Positions 49,530 through 64,000 of a stretch of 64,000 bases of DNA are shown here, one piece after another. The number at the start of each line of letters is the position of its first letter. Position 1 is the stretch's first letter. Origin of the DNA: Eledone cirrhosa (Eukaryota); contig OZ024740.1 in the NCBI GenBank assembly GCA_964016885.1, positions 325,314,001-325,378,000 of the forward strand, written 5' to 3'. Position numbers and translations under genes: made by a program. The notes under the pieces are model-generated. The model was not told the origin of the DNA and made no database searches. It saw only the letters and a list, made by a program, of their open reading frames with translations.

Positions 49530-49530
<1 letters not shown>
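48575..49530 (-). pseudogene. PLE RT-thumb/GIY-YIG ORF with one frameshift (about 49105) and in-frame TGA at 48989-48991
   Basis: Manual translation: NRNCVKISYSC..QTCSCRIKSE*PLQGKCNTKAIVYAAKV, continuing in frame into ORF 48575-48940. Confidence 0.88.
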
Positions 49531-49604
<74 letters not shown>

Positions 49605-50228
49605 AATTGCTGTTGTTACCAATGTTGGAACGGGATTGTTATAAAATGTTCGTATTAGTGCTACCCCTGTTTCTGCTGATGTTGTTGATATGAATGCAGC
49701 ACATATTTACAGTGTAGTTGTTTTTAGTTCATTTGTTGTTGTTAGTTTATTTGTTGTTGTTGTTGTTGTTAGTTCATATATTGTTGTTGTTATTGGTATT
49801 GCTGTTGTGTGTTATATAAGAAATGATTGTTGTTGTGTATTGATGTAAATGCGGGTGAATAACAATTTACGTATGCAGCTGTTGTTATCGTTGTTGTTGT
49901 TGATATGTTTTTAGTGCAGTTATTGTGGTCATGTTAAGACGAATGCGTGTATTGAGGGTGAATTTTTTATATGGATGTTGTTGATGCTGTTATTGTTGTT
50001 GTTGTTGTTGTTGTTGTTGTAAATATGTGCATCACATATTAAGGATGCACTTGTTATCGTTTCTATTGATACGCTGCTTACTGTTCCGATGACGTTAATA
50101 ATATGATATTTATGTTTAAATATATTTTATCTATGGACGCATGTATATATATAGGGATGCCTTTTTATGTGTATGTGTGTACGTGTGTGTGCGTGAGTGT
50201 GTATGTGTACGTGAATGTGTGTGTGTGT

Positions 50229-50302
<74 letters not shown>

Positions 50303-50457
50303 TTGTATGTGTGTGTGTAAACTTCCTGTCGGCTTAAGACGTATTGAAAAAATTGGGAATTTGAAATATAGTCGTACCACTGTAGATGACTCGCCTTCAC
50401 CTCTTCCCCTTTTTCCGTTTCTAAAGGTATTTTACCCGATTTTTTCCAACTATTATT

Positions 50458-50858
50458 TATAATTGTTTCTACTTTTGGCACAAGGCCAGCAATTATCCCA
50501 TTGCATTACTGGTACTTTATTTTATCGACCCGACCCCGTAAGGATGAAAGGCAAAGTAAACCTCGGCGGGATTTGAACTCAGAATGGCAAGGGCCGTAAC
50601 TGTATGCGTCAAAGCATGGCGTCCGACCCTCTACCGATACTGCCAATCCAAACAGACTATTATAGTCGTAAATTGGTAGTATCAGCAGAACATCGGACGC
50701 TATACTTAGCAGCATAGAGATATGGCCCTTTCTGTTCTGATTTCAAATCCCGCTGACGTTCACTTTGTCTTTTATCCTTACTGGGCCGATAAAATAAAGC
50801 ACCAGTAATGTATTGGAGTAATTGCTGGCCTTGTGCCAAACTTAGAAACAATTATTAT
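50458..50858. mobile_element. Divergent pair of tRNA-derived SINEs
   Basis: Minus copy about 50458-50650 (very similar to 18453), plus copy about 50672-50858. Confidence 0.8.
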
Positions 50859-51377
50859 AGCCAACAACATTGGGAATATTATATTTCAAACTTCAAATTT
50901 TTCCCAGATTTTAAATGCGAATGGTAGAGAAGATGGAAATTTCGTGGGTGTTGTCAGCAATTTCTTCTCCTGCTTCTGCATAAATAGATATGGTGTTTCG
51001 TTTGTTAAATAAGAACAAAAGGTAGAGAAACTGGTATGTTACTCAAGAACGATAGATCACATGTTGAGTGGGGTTCCAGGTGAGTTGTAGTGGAGAGCTG
51101 GTGTGGGGAGATTGGGATGGTTAGCTTGGGGTAGACGATTGGGGGACTAGGAGAAAATAAATTACAAGATTACAATATTTTATTTTAAAAACGAAAAGAA
51201 AAAAAGAAGTAAAGAAAGAAAGGAAGAAAGAAAAATAAATAAAGAAAGAAATAAAGAAAGAAAATGAAATTCCTGCAACCAAATTGTAAAATTCTCCAAG
51301 AGTGGAATCTTGGAATGTAGGGAAAAAAATATTTGTCAAAATTTACATTATATGTATGCACATATATATACAATCAC

Positions 51378-51467
<90 letters not shown>

Positions 51468-51546
51468 GTGTATATGCTCGCTTGTGTGTGTCTGTATGTG
51501 TGTGTGTATGTGCGTGTGTGTGTATGTGTGTGTGTATGTGTGTGTA

Positions 51547-51587
<41 letters not shown>

Positions 51588-51807
51588 AGATAATAGAGGC
51601 AAAATGAAAATAAAATGTGAACAAAGAAACTAGTAAAACGTAAAAACTACAATAACTACTACAACCATTACTACAACAACAATATTAACAACGGCAGCTA
51701 CCGCAACAAAATCCAACAACAAAAACAATTACTACATCTACAACACAAAACACCAAAAGGCGACAAAGAAAATATACAAGGACCAAGTAAAATACATAAA
51801 AACAATA

Positions 51808-51870
<63 letters not shown>

Positions 51871-52839
51871 GTTACTACTACTACTACTACTACTACTCTA
51901 GCAATAACTACTATTACTACTACTACTACTACTACTACTACTACATCTACTACTCTAGCAATAACTACTACTACTACTAGTCCTACTCTAGCAATAGCAA
52001 CAACAATAACAAGAACAACATCGATAACAAGTGGCAATGGCGTAAATATACAAAGAACCAAGTAAAAGACATAAAAACAACAACAATAACAATAACAACT
52101 ACAATTGCCTCACCACTAACAACGACGACAACAGCAACAACAACAACTACAACTACAACTACTACTACTACTACTACTAGTGCCAATGAAGTAAATATAG
52201 AAACCAACAAAGCTCAAGTGGGATGATGCAATATGATTGAAAATCTTTTTAAACTACTTAAAAACGACGAGAAAAGAAACAACGGCGATTGAGAGAGAGG
52301 GAGAAGAGGGAGTGAGAGAGAGAGGAGGAGATGGAAAGAAGAGAGTGTGTGTGAGAAGTGGGAAGATGAATGTAAAAATATTGCAGAAAATTAAAAATAT
52401 CGGAATCTTTCACCCTCCGCCTTTCACCTTCAACTGAAGAATTTAGAAAATTAAGGAGAATTTGTATTCTAAAAAAACAACAGCAGCAACGAATACAACG
52501 AGAACGACAACAACACGAAAGAAGCCACAAAACCAACAACAACAACAGCCACATTAACAACAACAGCAAAACAACAACATCAGTAACAGCAACAGCAGGG
52601 AAATTGTGAAAGAAAGAAAATTACTTTAAAAACGAAACATAAATACTTAAATAAATGAGATTTCAAGATAATATATAGAATGTAATATTTAAAATACAGT
52701 GTATTATAGAAGTGTATGGCAATGCATATAGATAGTATATTTAATGTCAATTTTAACAAAAACAAAGATTTTGAAATACATATATTTAATTAGTCCTTAT
52801 ATTTCGAGTACAATGTCCCTTTATGAATACACACACACA

Positions 52840-52874
<35 letters not shown>

Positions 52875-52935
52875 GCGCGCACACTCATATATATAAAGTG
52901 ACAATAAGAATTGCAGCTTTTTGTAAACTTAATTA

Positions 52936-53022
52936 CATATTACAATTTGTTTCAATATCGATCAGCACGGGTTTGATCATATGATCGAATCTCGACTCTT
53001 AATCGACACTTCTTCGGATATG
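52936..53022 (-). ncRNA. Type I hammerhead, core CCGAAGA, long stem II
   Basis: Minus strand: catat CCGAAGA agtgtcgatt..gatcgatatt GAAA caaattg TA atatg. Confidence 0.72.
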
Positions 53023-53084
53023 AGAGTTTACATGAGTGGTCCTCTCCATATACAGAGAGAGGGATAGAGAGAGAGAGAGGTGAG

Positions 53085-53140
<56 letters not shown>

Positions 53141-53573
53141 ACGGATGGTAACTTCTTTCTCCCTCTTTTAATGACCTTCACCCTATTTTATAAGTTATTT
53201 CATAGCATTTCTGCGCTGGGACACTATCTTTATACTGATATATACACACACATACATTATATATATGTGCGCTTGTGTATATGTTTGGGTTTGTGTTAAG
53301 AACAAACATTAACAATGATATTAAAGCATTCACTTGATTTACGACCGTTTCGTTAACTAACAAGAATATACATTCCTGTTAAAATAGCTCCTAAGTAAAT
53401 GCAAATAAATATATAACTTACATGAAATTGGATAAACTGAAATGTTAGTTAGGTAGTACATGTAAATCATGTTGTGCCACACAGATTCAGCGTGGAAGCC
53501 AGTTAGTTGGGTAGTGCCTGTGAATCATATTGTGATACACAGATTCGGCTTTAGAATTATGTTACAGCTCATG

Positions 53574-53605
<32 letters not shown>

Positions 53606-53663
53606 TATATACCGTGACTGAATCTTAACCATCTACTAAGTCAGGGTATGTCATGCATCATCT

Positions 53664-53730
53664 TATTTTATCTGATGAGGACGTACTGTTGAAGATAGCT
53701 CAGTACCTCTGAAATATGTATAATAAAATA
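53664..53730 (+). ncRNA. Type I hammerhead ribozyme, intact core
   Basis: tattttat CTGATGA ggacgtactg..cagtacctct GAAA tatgta TA ataaaata. Confidence 0.85.
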
Positions 53731-53759
53731 TACTTGATCACACGAATGTCTATTTTTGG

Positions 53760-53793
<34 letters not shown>

Positions 53794-53796
<3 letters not shown>

Positions 53797-53921
53797 TAGA
53801 AGGACCAACGTGAAATAAAGTATCTTGCTCAAGGACATAACGCATCGCCTGGTCCAGGAATCGAACTCCTCACAACCTTACGATTTCGAATCCAATTCTC
53901 TAACCACTCAGCCACACGCCT

Positions 53922-53926
<5 letters not shown>
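53794..53926 (-). mobile_element. tRNA-derived SINE head; copies also at 54454 (-), 55119 (+) and 57132 (+)
   Basis: A box TGGCTGAGTGG, B box GTTCGATTCC, then gtccttgagcaagatacttt. Identical to the 59602 copy. Confidence 0.85.
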
Positions 53927-54009
<83 letters not shown>

Positions 54010-54208
54010 TATAAAATATTAAAAAAATAATGAATAAAACAATGAAACAGTTCCTTATATTAAACAAAAAAAGTTCATTATTTAACGATCGTTTCTAGGA
54101 TAAACAGTTCTAGTCCTGTAGAATCTCATCTATATTAAAACTGTTATACTCTGTTATGTATTGAGTACCTTACTTACTGTGGTTACCTCCGATTCAACCC
54201 GGAATAAC

Positions 54209-54273
<65 letters not shown>

Positions 54274-54323
54274 GTGACTGAATCTTAACCATCTACTAAG
54301 TCAGGGTATGTCATGCATCATCT

Positions 54324-54390
54324 TATTTTATCTGATGAGGACGTACTGTTGAAGATAGCTCAGTACCTCTGAAATATGTATAATAAAATA
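54324..54390 (+). ncRNA. Type I hammerhead ribozyme, duplicate copy
   Basis: Identical to 53664-53730. Confidence 0.85.
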
Positions 54391-54419
54391 TACTTGATCA
54401 CACGAATGTCTATTTTTGG

Positions 54420-54456
<37 letters not shown>

Positions 54457-54581
54457 TAGAAGGACCAACGTGAAATAAAGTATCTTGCTCAAGGACATAA
54501 CGCATCGCCTGGTCCAGGAATCGAACTCCTCACAACCTTACGATTTCGAATCCAATTCTCTAACCACTCAGCCACACGCCT

Positions 54582-54665
<84 letters not shown>

Positions 54666-54863
54666 TATAAAATATTAAAAAAATAATGAATAAAACAATG
54701 AAACAGTTCCTTATATTAAACAAAAAAAGTTCATTATTTAACGATCGTTTCTAGGATAAACAGTTCTAGTCCTGTAGAATCTCATCTATATTAAAACTGT
54801 TATACTCTGCTATGTATTGAGTACCTTACTTACTGTGGTTACCTCCGATTCAACCCGGAATAA

Positions 54864-55123
<260 letters not shown>

Positions 55124-55236
55124 AGGCGTGTGGCTGAGTGGTTAGAGAATTGGATTCGAAATCGTAAGGTTGTGAGGAGTTCGATTCCTGGACCAGGCGA
55201 TGCGTTATGTCCTTGACATATATATATGTATGTATA

Positions 55237-59192
<3,956 letters not shown>

Positions 59193-59385
59193 ATGAACTT
59201 TTTTTGTTTAATATAAGGAATTGTTTATTCATTATTTGTTTAATATTTTATCTTGACTCTGTATACCGTTTATCTTTCACCGAAAGTGATTTTTCATTAC
59301 ATCTCTTCTTTCCATGATATCCGGAATACATTGAGTTCTTCATACGGATTGGACACTACCGTAAACTCTTGGTAGATTTATCTAC

Positions 59386-59815
<430 letters not shown>

Positions 59816-60678
59816 GATCGTTAAAAAAATATATATATATACATATATATATATTAGAAAGTGAGTTTTTTTTTACAAAATGAAAAATAACCGAGGTGTC
59901 CTACACGAGTGAAAGTATAAAGAAAAAAGGATGAAATCGAAAATGCAACTGCAGTCTTATTTTTTTTTAATATATATATTTATTTGGTTCCTTTACCGGT
60001 TCCGCAGTTCTTCTGATGGAGGGTCTGTGGTTTTTCTCACATCTGGCTGGTCTTTGAATATTATTTGTTTTATATGGAAAAAAGTGGCTCGAAACGCCAG
60101 TTTTTAGAGAAGTAATTTGATTGGTTGGTCGATAAGTATAATAGATTTCGCGCCAGTTCGCGTTACAAAGTTCTTCAAACAAGGGGGGGGGGTCTCAGGT
60201 TGTTTTTTTCATATATGAGTGTTTGAATGACCTTTTACTTAAAAAAGGGGGCTCACAAATGCTTTTTTTTTTTAAATGTAATCTGATTGGTTATAAATGA
60301 AATTATTGTTGTCACGTGAACAAGTTCATTAAATTTCGCGCCCGTATTTGGGAATTTATTTTGTAGCCTTTTACAGAATTTTATGACAATAAAAAAAGTG
60401 GCTCACGAAGGGTTTTTTTTTAAATGCAATTTGATTGGTTATAAATGAAATTATGACTGTCACGTGAACATGTTCAGCGCCTGTATTATTTATTTTGTAG
60501 CCATTTAGAGAATTTTATGACAAGCAAAAGAATGGTCAAGAGAAATGGGATGGGAGAATTGCTCTAGTTCAGTGAATATGGCTAGTTCGCTGGGGTGTCA
60601 GAGTTCAGATTTTCTATTGAAATAAAGAAAGTAGACATATGTATGTTTATTTGTGTGTTTGTGTGTGTATGTGTGTAA

Positions 60679-60737
<59 letters not shown>

Positions 60738-61726
60738 GGAAGATGATTCTATTGGTAGAAATGGGGGAGGGAGTTGTGTGTGTGTGTATATGGGTGTTAT
60801 GTGTATATGTGTAGGAGTATGTTAAGATGGAGGGAATATATATATTTTGTGTGTGTGTGTAGGAAAGTGATTCTATTAGTAGAAATGGGGGAGGGGGTTG
60901 TGTGGGCGGGTGTTATGTGTGTGTATGTGTGTTATGTGTGTGTGGGAGTATGGTTAGCATGTTAAGATGAAGAGAATATATATTTTGTGTGTGTGTGCGT
61001 GTGTGTGTGTGTGCGTGTGTGTGTGTGTGCGTGTGTGTGTGTAGGAAAATGATTCCGTTAGTAGGAATATTTTGAATGAACATATTTTCCGTACTTATTC
61101 GTATTTGTTCTGTTGTATTGTCAGCACAAACGTATGTTAAGATTTATTTAGTTCGGGTTTTTATTTTCTAAAGTAGGTGTTATGTGTGTGTGTATGTGTC
61201 TGTTTGGATGATTAGCATGTTATGGTGTTGACATAATGTATATTAAACCATATGTAATGCTGGTCTATATTTTTGAATAAACATATTTTCCTTATTTATT
61301 CGTATTTGTTCTGCTGTATTGTCAGCGCAAAGGTAAAATGGGAAGACTTGGAATTTGGGTGTCTTATGACTTGCGCATCTGTAGATGTGCGCTTAGTGGT
61401 ATGTGTCTGGATCTCGTAATTGTTGGCGATGAAGTGTCATTCTGTTTCTGAGTGTGAGTTTAGTTTGTCCTATATAATCTTCATTGCATCCTTTACATTT
61501 AATGGCATAAATTAGATTTTTTGATGAGCAAGTGAAGTGATTTTTTAGAGCAAAATTTTGTCCTGATTTAAATGTATACGTGTTGCCTTCTATGTATATA
61601 TGTATATATAAGCTCTTGCCGTTTCAGCCAGCAGTTAGTTCCAGACTGTCTGGAACTAGCTTTTGAAACGGCAAGAGCTCAACCGTAGGGAATTATGTTA
61701 CAGCTCATGTATGTATATATATATAT

Positions 61727-62084
<358 letters not shown>

Positions 62085-63100
62085 CTCTTGCCGTTTCAGC
62101 CAGCAGCTAGTTCCAGACTGTCTGGAACTAGCTTTTGAAACGGAAAGAGCTCAACCGTAGATGTGCCGAATCTTTATTATGTACTAGACCACCCATAACC
62201 CATTGGGTCACGTTCACTTCAAACTATTTTCTTAAAATCATCTTCACTTCAAAATAATTTTTAAATAATTAAAATATACACAGACATGTATATAATGTTA
62301 AATGAAAATGGAAAGGCCCATACATATATACGTGTGTGTATGTATGTATATAAATGTGTGTGTATACATATATGTATGTGTGTGTGTGTATATTTGGGTG
62401 TCTATATGCATTGGTCATAGACACACACACACATATACACATATATATATATATATACACACACATTCACACACATACACACACACACATATATATATAG
62501 AGAGAGAGAGAGTGCTTAAATTATTTGTGACTAATCCCCGTCTTTTTTTTTTTTTAACCGCGATAATATTGCTTTTTGCTGAACTCCTTATTGTAGAGTT
62601 TTTTCGGAATGTTTTTGACTGTTGTTTCATGTAAACAGACATTCGTCTCATTCTGACGTCACCAGCCCTGTCTCCACATGTGCGTTTTATTTTCATAATT
62701 ACGCATGATGTTGAACTAGCCTGCTTTTAAATTCCCTTTTTGGCATATTATAATCAGTGAGATTTTGGTTATCGTGTTGAGCTCTGCTGACGATCGAATC
62801 CAACCGTGACCATCCCCACTGAAAGTTTCGTGAAATAGTCTTTTCAAGACTATACAGAGCATTTGTAGTTTTTCCAAATTGAAGGATGAGTATTTTAAAC
62901 TTTATTTTATCATGAGTTAAGGCTCTATTGATTTTTCCCTGGATTTCACTAAATTCTGTTGAATGAATCTATATCCTGATTCTTTTTGAATTGAGTTTGA
63001 ATTATTTATCCCACATCTTACGTTAACTATTTCCCCATTTTGACGCTATAGTCACTTATATATTATGAAATACTGTGTGCTTCTTGCTCATAATAATTTC

Positions 63101-63151
<51 letters not shown>

Positions 63152-63157
<6 letters not shown>

Positions 63158-63540
63158 TAAAACATGTCTATAGAATCACCAGATTAGAGCAAACTCCTGA
63201 AGAGTCCGATGCTCGAATTTTCGAAGTTATTGGAAATCTCAAAATGCGGACAAAACCATGGTAGAGGTAAATAAATGTATTCTCTTTTCTCCTAGTTTAT
63301 TTTACACCTAATTCTGTTTAATTGACTGTATATCTGGCGATTACGCTGTCGAAATATTCGATAAATATTCCGTCGCAGCCGACGCGAAGGGCTAGTTTCG
63401 GTTATTTGTTGGAGATTTCTTCATTGAAGCCTTATTTTTATAGCCTGGTCTATTAGATTTTTATATAGTTAATTATGCTAATTGGGAGAGGAAATGGTAT
63501 ATATTTTATCTGGTGATTCTATAGACATGTTTTATGATAT
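63152..63540 (+). mobile_element. HHR-bearing element bounded by 33-bp inverted repeats, next to (TA)n
   Basis: atatcataaaacatgtctatagaatcaccagat and its reverse complement at about 63507-63540. Confidence 0.7.
63194..63266 (+). ncRNA. Type I hammerhead with GAAA mutated to AAAA
   Basis: ctc CTGAAGA gtccg..cggac AAAA ccatgg TA gag. Confidence 0.68.
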
Positions 63541-63648
63541 ATAGCTCTGATTATGTAACTTAGTAACTTTTCATTGAGCCACAAAGTGACCCGTTGCAAA
63601 ACACGTATATGTATGTATGTATCTATATATATATATATATATGTAAAC

Positions 63649-63741
<93 letters not shown>

Positions 63742-64000
63742 CAACAACACCAGCTCTTTCATTCTCCTTCTCTGTCCCCTCTCCCTCTCTCTCTATGTCC
63801 CTCTTGAATCTACTCTGTCACAACCACTATCTCTTCCTCTTCATCTTTCTCTCTCTCTATTTGAGAAGGTACACAGAAAAACCCCATATATCGGGAACCC
63901 GTGGTCCGATTTACGCGAAACTTGTTTTATTCCATTTGTATACCCATTTTAGGGTCAACTTCCTTTCAAAGTATTTTCCCATTATGCGCCCTTTTGGCTG

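Larger units (their letters stand above)
47205..49530 (-). mobile_element. 5'-truncated Penelope-like element (Naiad-like): RT C-terminus, GIY-YIG, long 3' UTR with HHR, between (TA)n tracts
   Basis: VDFLDINLDL..YKPYHKPN..YINKGSCHP..IIWFTPPYS, CSC..PL.GKC, IVY..YVGMT..FKTRYYSH, CTLC..EK..CPH. Confidence 0.9.

Overview
AT-rich eukaryotic repeat DNA with no recognisable host protein-coding gene. The microsatellite density and the tRNA-derived SINEs resemble an octopus/cephalopod genome (inference). Most ORFs in the track are translated microsatellites. Real coding remnants are R4/Dong-type RLE LINEs (one near full-length, decayed copy inserted in (TACA)n), two 5'-truncated Penelope-like elements (PLEs) with Naiad-like GIY-YIG domains, and RTE-type LINE ends. 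Main observation: about 15 type-I hammerhead ribozyme (HHR) motifs, some intact and some decayed, from several unrelated non-coding families. Most sit in or beside (TA)n tracts, and many carry fold-back inverted repeats or tandem duplications, which looks like a diverse population of PLE-mobilised retrozyme-like elements. One PLE has an in-frame UGA exactly at a conserved Cys, a possible selenocysteine codon. All structures were read by eye and boundaries are approximate.
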